DNA of 64,000 nt from the human T2T-CHM13v2.0 reference genome, Homo sapiens. The stretch's first letter is position 1, and every line of letters starts with the position of its first letter. Shown piece after piece: positions 11,450-25,485 of the stretch. The stretch lies in NCBI RefSeq assembly GCF_009914755.1, contig NC_060947.1, one strand, 5' to 3'. The notes beneath the pieces are model-generated. The model was not told where the DNA came from. It did no database searches and saw nothing but the letters and a program-made list of their open reading frames with translations. The position numbers were made by a program, and so were the translations under genes.

Positions 11450-13530
11450 AGTATTCTAATATTTTGTTTTGTCTATATGTTTACTTTTAGCAGTGGAGGT
11501 TTTATTTTCATTTATCTTTGGGCTGTTTTCTATTATCTTTTCATATCAACTTCAAAGGACTCACTTTAGCATTTTTTCATAAGGTGCATCTAGTTGTGAT
11601 GAACTCTCTCTGCTTTTGTTTATATGAGAAATCATTTCTCTTTCTATTTAGAAAGACAGTTTTTCTGGATATAATGTTATTAGTTAACAGGTTTTTTTTT
11701 TATTACTTCAAATCTATGATATCATTCCTTTCCGACCTGCAAGGTTTCTGCTGATAAATCTACTGATAGTTTTATGGGACCCTCTTGTATGTCATGAGCC
11801 ACTTCTTCTTTAAAAATTTTCTCTTTGTTTTTGACATTTGACAATTTAGTCATAATGTAGTCAGTTTGAAGCCCTTTGGTTTCCTATTAGTTGGGTTCTG
11901 TTGGGCTTCTTGAGTCTAGATGTTCATATTCTTTCCCAGATTTGGGATATTTAGGCTATTATTTCTTTAAATAAATGTTTGTCCCTTTATGTCTCTTCTT
12001 TTTCTTTTAATATCATAATGTGTATATTGATTCACTTGATTGTGTCCCATAAGTCCTTTTAGACTTTCTGCACTTCTTTTTTATTGTTTTTGTTTCTCTG
12101 ACTAATAATTTCAAATTACCTGTATTCGAGTTTGTGGCTTCTTTCTTCTGGTTGATCAAGTGTGATATTGAAACTGTCTAGTGAATTTTTCAGTTCACTT
12201 ATTGTATTCTTTAGCTCAAAATTTTCTGTTTGGGTGTTTTTATGTTTTCAGTTGATTTGTTATTTTCATTTTATTTATGTATCCTATTGTTCTGAGCTTG
12301 TTGAGCATCCTTATGATGGATATTTGAATTTTTTGTCAGATAATTCATATATCTCCTTTAGGGTCAGTTCCTGGAGACTTATTTTGTTGTTTTGGCTTTG
12401 TGCCATGTTTCCTTGTTTCTTTGCTTGCTTTGTACCTTTATGTTGGATCCATGCATTTAAGAAAATGACCACCTCACCAAATCTTTATAGATTGGCTTTG
12501 TGCAAGGAAAGACCTTCACAAATCAGCCTAATTAGAGATTTTGAGGTCCTCTGAGACATTTTATGTGTATATTTCTTCTCTGGACTTGTATATGCAAATT
12601 TTCAATTAAAGAGATTTATTAGTTCACATCTCTCTTTAGTTCTTAGTTTCCCCCAAGCTTCTAGAGTGTACTGAACCATATCAGTGCTTTTAATCTAGTA
12701 AAATAATTGAAGTCTGTTTTAAAGTAAAAGAAGTTTCTTGGTCAGACCCCAAAAAGCTATAATGTTGAACATACACTTTACTCTTCTGTCTCCCCTCCCT
12801 GAGGGAGAAGCCTTTGAGCTGTGTTAACATCTGTCTTCTCTACTGCATATCCTGTGGAATAGCAGCAAATCACTTACATCTCTTTTGTTTTCAGCATCCC
12901 CCAGACATCTAGACTATGCCAGTCCTGTCTGCCTTCTGAGAGAGATGAGAAAGAAACCCATTTCTCAAGCAGTCCCCCCAAAAAGACAGAATGTGGGACA
13001 CATGCCACAACTTTTTCCCTTCCTAGAGAGAAGCTGAGAATTGGGAGTTTTCACCCTCTCGTTCTATGCCGAGCTGGGAGGAGGGAGTATGGTGAGTGAG
13101 TGCTTTTTGCCTAAACTTTTGCCCTTGTTCTCAGTAGCCTTCAACCTAGCACACTTTTTCACGAGTCTCCAGATACAGGGAAGACAGAAATTACTTCCTC
13201 AGCCTTCCCCCTAAAAAGTCTTCATGTTGGACGTATGTTTCAGCCTTCTTCTTTTTCTCTCTAGGAAGAAGCCAAGAATTGGGAGTTTTCTGCTGATGAT
13301 GCTATGCTAAGCTGGGCAGAGAGACCATGGCGAGTGAGTACCATGAATTTTCCTACCAGCTTCAGTGTGGCTGATTTTAGCTTGCCTGTGATGCAGGAGC
13401 CTTTTAACTAGTTTCTGGATTTCTCTTGAAGGGAATCGATCTGTGTATTTTTGCTTGTTGACTTGGTGTCTCCTTTGGAGGAAGGAAGTTTTCTGACTTT
13501 ATCTATTCTGCCATCTTCCTGACATCACCA
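11450..13530 (-). mobile_element. Old L1M 5' region (5'UTR and decayed ORF1)
   Basis: Minus-strand terminus GTGATGTCAGGAAGATGGCAGAATAG near 13530; T-rich antisense ORF1-like sequence (gacctgcaaggtttctgctgataaatc). Confidence 0.7.
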
Positions 13531-13560
13531 GTCTCTATTTTATTATTTGTTTTCTTTTTG

Positions 13561-13859
13561 TTTCTTCTTCTCTTCTTTCTTTTTTTTTTTTCTTCAAGGT
13601 CTTGCTCTATCACCTAGGCTGTTGGAGTGCAGTGGTGTGATCAGAGCTAACTGTAGCCTTGAACTCCTGGGCTCAAGTGACCCTGTAGCTAAGACTACAG
13701 GCATGTGCCACCATGCCTAGCTGATTTTTGTTTCACTTTTGTAGAGATCAGGTCTCACTATGTTGCCCAGGCTAGTCTCAAACTCCTGGCCTCAAGCAAT
13801 TCTTCCACCTCAATCTTCCAAAGCACTGGGATTACAGGAATGAGCCACCATGCCTGGCT
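13561..13859 (-). mobile_element. AluJ-type SINE
   Basis: Poly-T then ggtcttgctctatcacctaggct...aaagcactgggattacaggaatgagccaccatgcctggc; dimeric, CpG-depleted. Confidence 0.92.
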
Positions 13860-13869
13860 TGTTACCCCT

Positions 13870-15415
13870 GTTTCTTGTTATTATTTAAATACTATTTCAG
13901 CCCCACATTCTTTCTCATCTCCTACTGGGATTCTGATGATAACACAGTTGTCCTGTCTTTTGTTATTGTTCCACAGATCCCTGAGGCTTTCTTCTTTTTG
14001 TTTCTTTTTCATGCTATTTTCTCTTTGTTTGGATTGAATAAGTTTTGTTGATATATCTTTAACTTCACTGATTCTGTTCCTCACCTCTAATCTAGTATTG
14101 AGTCCATCTGGTGAGTTTTAAATTTTATTTTGGCTGTTGTATTTTTTTAATTTTATAATTTACATTTGGTTCTTTTTTAAAAATAAATAATTCCTATATC
14201 TTTGTTGAGATACTCTGTCTGCATTTGTTTAAAGATATTTTTAATTACTTGTTGAAGTACTTTTATGAAAGTTAACTTTCTTATCAGTTTTAACTTTCTT
14301 ATCAGGTGACTCCAACTTCAGAATAATCTTGGTATTAGTATCAGTTAATGATCTTTTCTCAGTCAAATTGTAGTTTTCCTAGTTCTTTGCATAAGGAATG
14401 ATTTTCCATTTTATCGTGAATATTTTGGTTACTATTTTAGGAATCTCTTGATTCTTGAATCTATTTTAGCAAGTAATGATCCTGTTTAGGTTTAGAATAT
14501 AGGTTCTGGCCTATTTTTTGTGGGTCTTAGGTCTAATCACAGTTTAGTTTTCAGAGCCATTCTGATGTGTTTTGTCTTTCTGATGGTGCTGCAGCACCCA
14601 TTTATTCCCTACTAGTGCCATCTGCCATGGCACAAAGCACTCTGCTGGGCTACCGGGTGTCATTGAGCCACCTTATCCTGCAGGGGATGAGACAAAAGCT
14701 ACTGGCACTGAGTCTTGTGTCAATTAATAGAAGACTAAGAGATGGTGGTGCCCTGGGTTTGGAATGGAAATTGGGTGGACCAGCCCTTCTCTGCTTCCAC
14801 TGCAGGTAGACCAGCCTGCAAGCACTACAGGTGTTGAGCCAGGGTTGGGTTGGACTGCTGGAGCTTCACTGCTACTCCTGTGAGCTGTCAGTGTCCTAGT
14901 TGTGGATCAGGAGTTAAGATGGCCCATCAGGGTTCTGAAGCTACTTATGTGGGCAGATCAGCTCACCTGTTGATGACCTCATTGTGGGTGGAAGCTGGAT
15001 TTTCCAGGAGCTTTGCAGCTGCCTCTCTGTGCAAATCAGGTTATTCTCGGGTACCTTGGCTGTAGAACAGGAGTTGGGGCTCTCCACTAGGTCTCTGTTG
15101 GGCTTTTTACTAGAACATAGGCCAGAGAAGGCAAGGTTAAATTTGTTTTTGTTTTTGTTGTTGTTGTTTATGCCTGTTGGCAGTTCTGGATTGCAGGTCT
15201 CCCCAGTGCCTAGTCTGGGATATTTAGGAGGTAAAAAGAAAACTCAGGGAACTCATAGCATTCTTGTTCCTCACATCTTTAGGTTGCTAACTCATATAGT
15301 TTCTTACCATATTTCAGAGTCCTTTTATTTTTTCTGTTCAGTAATTTCCAGAGTGTTTAGTTGAATTTAGAGGAAGGTAGCATGGAAAAGTAAGTTCACA
15401 ACATCTTGTTCCAGA
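13870..15415 (-). mobile_element. Old L1M (MC/MD/ME-type) ORF1 and 5' region
   Basis: ORF 13881-14084 (EESLRDLWNNNKR...IIRIPVGDEKECGAEIVFK) is L1 ORF1-like. Confidence 0.7.
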
Positions 15416-15429
15416 GATTCTGGATATAT

Positions 15430-16140
15430 ATTAATGGTGAAACTAACAAGATTTGGTGATGGATTGCATTTTGAATGTGAGAGAAAGAGATTCAAGGGTT
15501 GTTCCAAGGATTTTATCCTAAGCAATAAAGTTAGTGGTGGCAGCATCTACCAAGAAGGGAGACAATGGAGGAAGACCAGGTTTGATGGGACTAGGGCTGG
15601 GAATTAATGTTAAGTTTGAGATATGTGAGTGATAATGTCTATTACACAGTTGGATTTACAAATATGTATTTCAAGGATGGAGATATAAATTTAGAAGTAA
15701 TCAGATTATAAATTGTAAATACAGCTGTGAGACTCAGTACAATGACTTTAGTGAATAAGTATAGATAGAGAATGAGTCCAAGGACCAGCTCTGGCACATT
15801 CCAACGTTTCAAGTTCAGGAAGTAAAAGAATCGAGTGAAGGAGATGAGAATGAGTAGCTAGTAAGGTAGGAGGAACATAAGAAGAAATAATTGTCATGAA
15901 ATCCAAGTGAAGTAAGTATTTCCAGAATGAGGGCATAATCAATTGTCACAAATGTTGCTGAGCGATCAAGCTAAATGTGATTTGAGGATTGACTATAGGA
16001 TTTGACAATATGGAGATTATCATTGACCTTAGTGAGAGAGATCTCAGTGGAGGCTTGAAATCAAAGATTGATTGAAGTGTGACAAGAGAGTGACAATACA
16101 TGGTATGGAGACAAGGAGAATAGACAACTCTTTGGAGGAA
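15430..16140 (-). mobile_element. LINE-2 fragment
   Basis: Typical antisense L2 motifs gatttggtgatggattg...tgagagaaagag...ccaaggatttt and ggatttgacaatatggagattatcattgacctt. Confidence 0.8.
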
Positions 16141-16142
16141 TT

Positions 16143-16588
16143 TTCTTTTAATTTTTAATTTTTGTGGGTACATAGTAGGTGTATATAGTAATGGGGTACA
16201 TGAGATATTTTGATATAGGCATGTAACACATATAGTCACATCATGGAAAATAGGTCATCCATACCCTCAAGCATTTATCCTTTCTGTTAAAACAATCCAA
16301 TTATACTTTTTTAGTTAATTAAAAATGTACAATTAAATTATTATTCATTATAGTCACCATTTTTTGCTATCAAATATTAGAGCTCATTCATTCTTTCTAA
16401 TTTTTGTACCCATTAATCATCCCCAATTTCCCCAAAAACCCCTACTACCCTTCTCAGCCTCTGGTAACCATCCTTCTACTCTCTATCTCTACAAGTTCGA
16501 TTGTTTTGATTTTTAGATACCACAAATAAGTGAAAACATGTGATGTTTCTCTTTCTGTGCCTGGCTTATTTCACTTTACATAATGACT
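16143..16588 (-). mobile_element. L1MA2/3 3'-terminal fragment
   Basis: ttttaatttttgtgggtacatagtaggtgtatat...ggggtacatgagatattttgata is the reverse-complement L1MA 3'UTR; homologous to 22400-22848. Confidence 0.9.
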
Positions 16589-19500
16589 GTGTCATGTGGT
16601 TTGAATGCCAACTCAGTGGCAGTACAAGAGAACACTAGACAGACGTCTAAGGTTTTTTACTTCAGTCCCTGACACCAGGATGGCACCTCTGGACCCACCT
16701 GGGACCCGAGGGACCTCACTGCCCTGAAGGGAAGGATGCAGGCCTGGCCTGGCTTGCTTTGCCACCTTCTGATTAAAGAGCTGCAGGGCCTGGAGTGAAC
16801 AGAGGCAGTAACCAAGGAGTGGTTACATCAGGCCTTGGGTGAGACCTAGTGCTCTACTGGATTCAGGTCTGACCCAGCACAGTCATAGTGGTGGTGGCCA
16901 CAGGGGTGCTTGTGTCACTCTACCCCCACCTATAAGTGGCTTGGAGTGCAGGAAGAGACTCTGTGTGGGAGAAAGAAAGGGAAAAGAACAAGTATTTGCC
17001 TGGTAATCCAAATAATTTTTCTGGATCTTGTCCAAGACCATCAAGGCAGTACCTCTGTAAGTCTGCAAGAACCACTGTGTTACTGGGCTTGGGTTGCCCA
17101 CAAAAACAGATACAGATTAGAACACAACACATAAGTACTTTCAAATACCTGGAAAGCCTTCCCAAGAAGGAAAAGAACAAACAAGCTCAGACAGTGAAGA
17201 CTACATTAAATCCTTAACTCTTCAATACCCAGACACCAAAGAACATATACTAGCATCAACACTACCCAGGAAAACATGACCTCACCCAGTGAACTAAATA
17301 AACCACCAGGGGCTAATCCCAATAAACAGAGATATATGATCTTCCAGACAGAGAATTCAAAATAGCTGTGTTGAGGAAACTTAGAGAAATTGAAGATAAC
17401 ATGGAGTTGGAATTCAGATTTATCTCAGATATATTTAACAAAGCAATTAAAATAATTTTTAAAAATTAAGCAGAAATTCTGGAACTAAAAAATTCAGTTG
17501 ACAAACTAAAGAATGCCTCAGAGTCTCGCAACAGCACAATTGACCAAGCAGAAGAAAGAGTAATGAGCTTGAAGACAGGCTATTTGAAAGTACACAGAGA
17601 AGACAAAAGAAAAAAAAAAAAACAATGAAGCACACCTATGGGATCTAGAAAATATCCTCAGAGGGGCAAATCTAGTAGCTATTGACCTTAACGAAGAGGT
17701 AGAGAAAGAAAGAGATAGGGGTAGAAAGTTTATTCAAAAAGATAATAACAGAGAAGTCTCAAACCTAGAAAAAGATATTAATATCCAAATACAAGAAGTT
17801 TATAGAACACCAAGAAGATTTAACTGAAAGAAGACTACCTCAAGGTATTTAATAATCAAACTCCCGAAGGTCAAGGATAAAGAAAAAATCCTAAAAGCAG
17901 CAAGAGAAAAGAAACAATTAACATACAATGGAATGTCAAAATATCTGGCAGCAGACATTTCAGTGGAAACCTTACAGGCCAGGAGAGAGGGCATGATATA
18001 TTAAAAGTGCAGAAGAAAAAAAACTTTCACCCTAGAATAGTATATCTGGTGAAAATATCCTTCAAACCTGGAGAAACAAAGGCTTTGCCAGGCAAATAAA
18101 AGCTAAGGGATTTAATCAATAACAGACCTATCCTACAAGAAATGCTAAAGGGAGTAATTCAACTATAAAGAAAAAGATGTTAATAATCAAGTAATCACCT
18201 GAAGGTACAAAACTCACTGGTAATAGTAAGTACACAGAAAAACACAGAATATTATAACATGTCACTGTGGTATGTAAACTACTCATATCTTAAGTAGAAA
18301 GACTAAATGATGAATCAATCATAAATAATAACTAAAACAACTTTTTAAGGCATAGACAGTATAATAAGATATCAATAAAACAGTAAAAAGTTAAAAAGCA
18401 GGGGGACAAAGTTAAGTAATAGAGTTTCTATTAATTTTCTTTCTGCTTTTTTTTAATGCAAAGACCATTAAGTAGTTATCAGGTTAGAATAATGGATTAT
18501 AAGATAGTTTTGCAATCCTAATGGTAAACCTCAAACTAAAAAACATATGGATACACAAAAAATAAAAATAAAATAAAATAAATTATATCACCAGAGAAAG
18601 TCACCTTCAGTAAAGAAAGACAGCAAGAAAAGGAAGAAGAAAGGGAAGATCACAGAACAACCGGAACGCAAATATCAAACTGACATGAGTAAGTTCTTAT
18701 TTATCAATAATAACATCAAATGTAAATGGACTAAACTCCTGAATCAAAAGATGTAGAGAGGCTGATTGGATGAAAAAAGAAGATCCATTGATCGGTTGCT
18801 TACATGAAACACACATTACCTATAAAGACACACATAGTCTGAAAATGAAGGGATGGAAAAAGATATTCAATGCCAATGGAAACCAAAAAAGAGCAAGAAT
18901 AGCTATACTTACATCAGACAAAATAGATTTCAAGATAAAAACTGTAAGAAGAAACACAGATCACTATAAAATGATAAAGGGGTCAATTCAACAAGATGAT
19001 GTAACAATTTAAAGTATATATGCACCCAACACTGGAGCATCCAGGTATATAAAGCAAATATTATTAGTGGTAATGAGAGAGATAGACCTCAATACAATAA
19101 TAGCTAGAGACTTCAACACCCCACTTCCAGCATTGGACAGATTTTCCTGACAGAAAACCAACAAAAATAATCAGACTTAATCTAAACTGTAGACCAAATG
19201 GATCTAATAGATATTTATAGAGCATGTCATCCAATAGCTGCAGAATACACATTCTTTTTCTCAGCACATAGATCATTCTCAAGGATAGACCATAAGTTAG
19301 GTCACAAAACAAGTCTCAAAAAATTGAAATAATATCAAACATCTTCTGTGACCACAATGGAATAAAACTAGTAATCGATAACAAGAGGAATTTTGGAAAC
19401 TACACAAATAACATGGAAATTAAACAGTGTGCTCCTGAATGACCAGTGGTCAATGAAGAAATTAAGAAGGAAATTGAAAAATGTCTTAAAACAAATGAAA

Positions 19501-22500
19501 ATGGAAACACAACATACCAAAACCTATGTGATACAGCAAAAGCAGTCCTAATGGGGAGTATATATCTATAAGTGTCTACATCAAAAAGGAGGAAACCTTT
19601 GAAATAAATAATCTAGTGATTCATCTTAAAGGACTAGAAAAGCAAGTACAAACCAAATGCAAAATTAGTAGAATAAAATTGATAATAAAGATCAGAGTAG
19701 AAATGAATAAAATTGAAATGAAGAAACAATACAAATGACCTAAGAAACAAAAAGTTACTTTTTTGAAAAGTTAAGCAAAATTTATAAACGTTTAGGCAAA
19801 CTAAGAAAAAGGAGAGAAGATACTAATAAAATTAGAAGTGAAAAAGCATACATTACAACTGATACTGCAGAAATTCAGAGGATCATTAGTGGTTATGATG
19901 AGCAACTATGTGTCAGTAAAATGGAAAATTTAGGAGAAATGGACAGTTTCCTAGACACATACAACTTATCCACTTTGAACCAGAAAGAAATCCAAAACCT
20001 GAACAGATCAATAACAAGTAATGAGATCGAAGCTGTAATAACAAGTCTACCAATAAAGAAAAGCCTGGGAGCTGATGGCTTCACTGATGAATTCTACCCA
20101 ACCTTTAAAGAACGAAAAGCAATCCTACTCAAACTATTCCAAAAATTAGAGGAAGTAGGGAGACTTCCACAATCATTCTATGAGGTCAGTATTACCCTAC
20201 CAAAACCAGACAAAGACATATCAAAAAAATAAAACTAAAGGTCAATATTGTTGATGAATGTTGGTGCAAAAATCCTCAATAAACTCTAGCAAACTGACTT
20301 CAACAATATGTTAGAAAGATCATTCATCATGACCAAATCGGATTTATCTCTGGGATTCAAGAATAGTTCAAAATACACATGTCAATCAATGATGTACATC
20401 ATATCAACAGAATGAAGGAGAAAAAAAAAACATATGGTCATTTCAGTTGATGCAGAAAAAGCATGTGATAAAATTCAACATCACTTCATGATAGGAACCT
20501 GCAAAAGAACAGGGGATAGAAGGAACTTACCTCAAGATAATAAAAGCCATATATGACAGACCCACAGCTGGTTTCATACTAAATGGGGAAAAACTGAAAG
20601 CTTTTCCTCTAGACTCGGGAATGCAACAAGGATGCCCACTGCCACCCCTGTTATTCAACACATTACTGGAATTCCTAGCTGGAGCAATGAGACAAGAGAA
20701 AGATATAAAGGGCATCTACATTGGAATGGGAGAAATCAAATTATCCTTGTTTGCAGATATGATCTTATACTTAGAAAAACCTTAAAATTACACAAGAAAT
20801 CTACTAGAAATGATGGAAAATTCAGTAAAGTTGCAGGATAGAAAATCGACATAACAACATTCAGTAGCATTTCTATATGCCAGCAGTGAACAATCTGAAA
20901 AAGAAATTGAAAGAGTAATCCCATTTACAATAGCCACACATAAAATTAAACACCTCAAATTAACCAAAGAAGTGAAAGATTGCTATAATGAAAACTATAA
21001 AACACTGATGAAAGAAATTGAAGAGGACACCAAAATATGGAAAAAATGTTTCATGCTCATGGATTGGAAGAATCAATATTGTTAAAATGTCCATACTACT
21101 CCCAGTACTCTACAGATTCAATGCAATCCCTATCAAAATACCAATGACATTCTTTACATAAATAGAAAATACAATCCTAAATTTTATGTGGCATGACAAA
21201 AGACCCAGAATATGCAAAGCTATTCTAAGCAAAAAACAGAAAACTAGAGGAATCACATTATTGACTTCAAATTATATTATACTACAGAACCATAGTAACC
21301 AAAACACTGTGATACTAGAATAAAAACAGACACACAGACCGATGGAACAGAATAGAGAACCCAGAATTAAATCCACAATCTTACACTGAACTCATTTTCA
21401 ACAAAGATGCTAAGAACATACACTGGGGAAAAGACAGTCTCTTCCATTAATGGTGCTGGGAAAACCGGATATCCATATGCAGAAGAATGAAACTAGACCC
21501 CTACTCTTGCCATATACAAAAATCAAATTGAAATGGATGAAAGACTTAAATCTAAGACCTCAAAATATGAAATTATTACAAGAAAACATTGGAGAAAATC
21601 TGCAGGACATTGGTCTGGGCAAAGATTTTTTGAGCAGTACTCCACAAGCACAGGCAGCCAAAGCGAAAACAAACAAATGATCACATCAAATTAAAAAGCT
21701 TCTGCACTGCAAAGGATACAACCAACAAAGTGAAGAGACAATCCACAGGATGGGAGAAAATATTTTCAATGTATGAATCTGACAAGGGATTAATAAGCAG
21801 AATATATAAGGAGCTCAAACAACTCTACAGAAAAAAATATAATAATCTGATCAAAAAATGGGCAAAATATTTTAATAGGCATTTCTTAAAAGAAGACATA
21901 CAAATGGCAAAGAGGCATATGATAAGTTGCTCAACGTCATTGATCATCAGAGAAATACAAATAAAAACTACAATGAGATATCATCTCACCCCAGTTAAAA
22001 TGGCTTATATTTAAATGACAGAGAATAACTAATGGTCGTGAGGGTGTGAAGAAAAGGCAACCCTTGTACACTGTTGGTGGGAACATAAGTTATTACAACC
22101 ACTATGCAGAATAGTTTGGAGGCTCCTCACAAAACTGAAAATTGAGCTACTATGCGATCCAGCAGCCCCATTGCTGGGTATATACCCAAATAATGGAAGT
22201 CTGTATATTTAAGTGATAGTTGCACTCTCGTGTTTCTTGCAGCATTTTGCACAATAACTAAGAGTTGGAAGCAACCTAAGTGTCCATCAATAGATGAAGG
22301 GATAAAGAAAACATGGTACTTAGATACAACGGAGTATTATTCAGCCATAAAAAGAATGAGATCTTCTTATTTGCAACAAGGTAGATGGAACTATAGATCA
22401 TTATGTTAAATGAAATAAGCCAGGCACAGAACGACAAACATCACATGTTCTCACTTGTTTGTGGGATCTAAAAATTGAATCAATTGAACTCATGGACATA

Positions 22501-22848
22501 GTTGAAGGATGGTTACCAGAAGCTGAGAGGGGTAGTGAGGAGATGGGAGTGGGAAGGTGGAGATGAGTGATGGATACAAAAAATAGTTAGAAAGAATGAA
22601 TAAGACCTACTATTTGCTAGCACAACAGGATGATTGTAGTGAATAATAACTTAAGTGTACATTTAAAAATAACTAAAAGAGAGTAATTGGACTGTTTGTA
22701 ACACAAAGAATAAATACTTGAGGAGATGGATGCCCTATTCTCTTTGATGTGATTACTTGACATTGCATGCCTGTTTCAAAACATCTCATTTATCCCATAA
22801 ACATATATACCTACTATGTACTCACAAAAATTAAAAATAAAAAAAAAT
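16589..22848 (+). mobile_element. Near-full-length L1MA2-like LINE-1, truncated in the 5'UTR
   Basis: 5'UTR part, ORF1 remnant (~17270-18180), ORF2 remnants (CLHETHITYKDTHSLKMKGWKKIF; [13 protein letters not shown]), 3'UTR ending ctactatgtactcacaaaaattaaaaataaaaaaaaa. Confidence 0.93.
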
Positions 22849-22912
22849 TCAAAAATGTGAAACCAAATCACCATGGTTTTGTGGTATTTTGTTTTTATTC
22901 TTAAGATTTAGA

Positions 22913-23203
22913 GGCTGGGTGTAATGGCTCACACCTATATTACCCCAGTTTGTGTGGCCGAGGCTGAAGGATTACTTGAGGCCAGGGGTTGAAGACCAGC
23001 CTGGGCAACATGGTAAGACCCCATCTCTACAAAAAATAAAAAATTAGCCAGGCCTGGTTTGAAGCACTGGTAATCCCAGCTACTCGGAAGTATAAGATGG
23101 GAGGATCTCTAGAGCCCAGGTGTTCAAAGTTACAGTGAGCTATGATTGTGCCATTTCACTTCAGTATGGGCTATACCCTGTCTCGAAAAAAGAAAAAAAA
23201 AAA
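22913..23203 (+). mobile_element. AluJ-type SINE
   Basis: ggctgggtgtaatggctcacacct...A-tail; candidate TSD aagatttaga / aagattttga. Confidence 0.92.
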
Positions 23204-23239
23204 AGATTTTGAAAGAATCACATATTTAGGGATACGTTG

Positions 23240-24770
23240 GACATGTAGTACAAAGAACTTTTTAAAACTACCATTTGAGAGTCAGTTGCTGACCTGATTC
23301 ATTATCACCCTTGAATATTTTAATACGTATTTCCCACAAACAAGGACATTCTCCTACATGATCACAGAGCATACAGCAAAGTAACAATGATATCAGATAT
23401 TAGATATTAGATAACAATCTAATCCTCAGATCTTAATTCACATTCTACCAATTGTGCTAATAATGTCTTTTTTTTTTTTTTTTGGAACACGGATCACTTC
23501 AAAATCATGTGTTACATTTATCTGTCATGTCTTTTTGGTATCCTTCAGTTGGTACAGTTTCCTGCTCTTTCTTTGCCTTCTATGACCTTGGCACTTTTGA
23601 AGATTACACACACAGTATTTACATCTATATTTATTTTTATCTATAAATATTAAAAACCATGAATTCTAAAGCCAGTCCTATATCACAGGATTTGTTCTTG
23701 TTTTCTCTTTTTCTTTGTAACAATAAGAAACCTGACTTCTATTTTCCTTAATATATTTACTTGTTTGAGAAATTTCCTTGTAACCAATCTTCCATTTCCA
23801 CCAGGATGCAGATAGTCTCTTTATCTTGTTCAGCAATTGACCTCTCATTCCAGCACACCCTCTCCACACAGTTACCATTTTCACTGCTGTGGTCTGAATG
23901 TTTGTGCCCCGCCACCGAAATCCATATGTTGAAACCTAATTACTGTTGTGAGGCTGTTAGGAGTTGGGGCCTTTAGGAGGTTATTAGGTTATAAGCACAG
24001 AGTTTTCACAAATGTTATTAGTTATTGCCATTATAAAAGATCCGAGATAACTTCTTTGCTCCTTCTGCTATATGAGTTACTGAGAAAAGAAGGTTGTCTG
24101 TGAGCCAGGAAGTGGCCATCATCAGGCACTGAATTTGTGGGTGCCTTGATCTTGGACTTTCCTGTCTCCAGAACTGTGAGAAATAAATTTATGTTGTTTA
24201 TAAGCTACCCAATTTATGGTATTTTGTTATAGCATCCCAAACAGACTAAGATATTCTTCATTCTTTGACAACTCATGCCAGGCTTTGCCTCCACAAGGAT
24301 AGCATCCTAAGCTTGTTTCAGCTCTGATACCGAATGCTGGGCTGGCCTCCAACATGGATACCCACCTTACTCTGCTTGGGCTCTAATACCCCATGCCAGA
24401 GCACCCTGAGCATGGATACCTCCCTTATCCTGCTTGGGTTCTGATGCTCTGGCTGGCCCTCTCTAACACACCCAGGCTCTGAGTCTTCTCTTTAGGTCTG
24501 CTCTCTGAGTCTAATGGATGGCCTCATCATTACATTTAGCTCCGATACCCACAATAGGTGCGTTTCCCTCATCATGGATGCCCTTCTCACCTCCCTTGGG
24601 CTCTGGCATACCAGGATGCCCTCTAGGTGAATGCCCTCCTCATCCTGTCAGGGCACTGACACCCTATGCTAAGCCAACACAGGCACACCCTCTACCGTGG
24701 ACATCTTTCTTGCTTTTGCTTTATTCCACCTAATGGCTTTAGTACTGAGTTGTTTCAAAAAGGAGAAAGG
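23240..24770 (-). mobile_element. L1MC4/5-like 3' region, interrupted by MLT1A
   Basis: ccatttgagagtcagttgc...aacaaggacattctcctacat motif and degenerate GC-rich units catggatacc...ctgcttgggctct at 24255-24740, as recalled for L1MC 3' ends. Confidence 0.65.
23885..24253 (+). mobile_element. MLT1A/MLT1A0 solo LTR (ERVL-MaLR)
   Basis: tgctgtggtctgaatgtttgtg...gatcttggacttt...ccagaactgtgagaaataaa...acagactaagata. Confidence 0.88.
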
Positions 24771-24774
24771 TTAA

Positions 24775-25200
24775 TTGAATTTAACTAAAGTTGGCAGTTT
24801 CCCAAGGCAATATGGCAAAGCCAGAGACTGGCACGGGAGTTGAAGATATATACAAGGGATAACTAAGGGATATATACAAGGGATAACTAATCCAAGGGTG
24901 ATGGATTTTAAAATCTAAACTGAATAAAGACATGAGAGGACACAGGGGCGATCGAGAGTCAAAGGTGGCAAGGTGAACGGACTAGATGCACAATCAGAGA
25001 ATTTTAGGAGTGCTCGTATTTTAGAGAGCCAGTAAAGAGAAGGGTGATAGAAAGTAGTATGCATGAAAATGAGACTTTGGAAGTGATCCATTACAGATAA
25101 AGGTCTAGGATCTGACATAGGACAGGGTAGCTAAGCTAAGGTGGAGGAAGATTAGGTGAAGGTCATTAAAGGAACTGAGAGTACAGAAAACTGTTGTTTA
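24775..25200 (-). mobile_element. Probable LINE-2 fragment
   Basis: Purine-rich degenerate sequence (atccaagggtgatggattttaa, ggtcattaaaggaactgag) resembling antisense L2. Confidence 0.4.
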
Positions 25201-25254
25201 TGTCAGTAGAAAACTTCAGAAATACTTGGGAAGCAACAGGTAAATACTACTCTT

Positions 25255-25485
25255 AGCTCAAAATATTTCATACCGTGAGTTGAAACACATTGGTTGGAGT
25301 CATGAAATCAATTTCATATGTTATAGTCAGTAATTTTTAAAAGCTGAAATAGGAATAGAAAATATCAGAGTGCATTGGGACATAGTAAGGAGAAGTACTA
25401 TTTAGGAAACACTTTTGCACTTAGTAATGATGTAAAATGTATTGGCTATTATGGGTAATGTTTAAAAATATTTGGAAACCATTGC
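25255..25485 (-). mobile_element. Short non-autonomous hAT-Charlie-type DNA transposon
   Basis: aatagaaaatatcagagtgcattgggacatagtaagg...gtaaaatgtatt...tttggaaaccattg; reverse-complement homologue of the split element at 35583/43381. Confidence 0.6.

Noticed and set aside
12162-12554. 130-aa hydrophobic ORF resembling a membrane protein
   Set aside because: Shadow frame of T-rich antisense L1 sequence.
24255-24740. Degenerate GC-rich repeat units that look array-like
   Set aside because: Units are variable with no constant repeat-spacer pattern; they match the recalled internal repeat of L1MC4/5 3' regions; not CRISPR.
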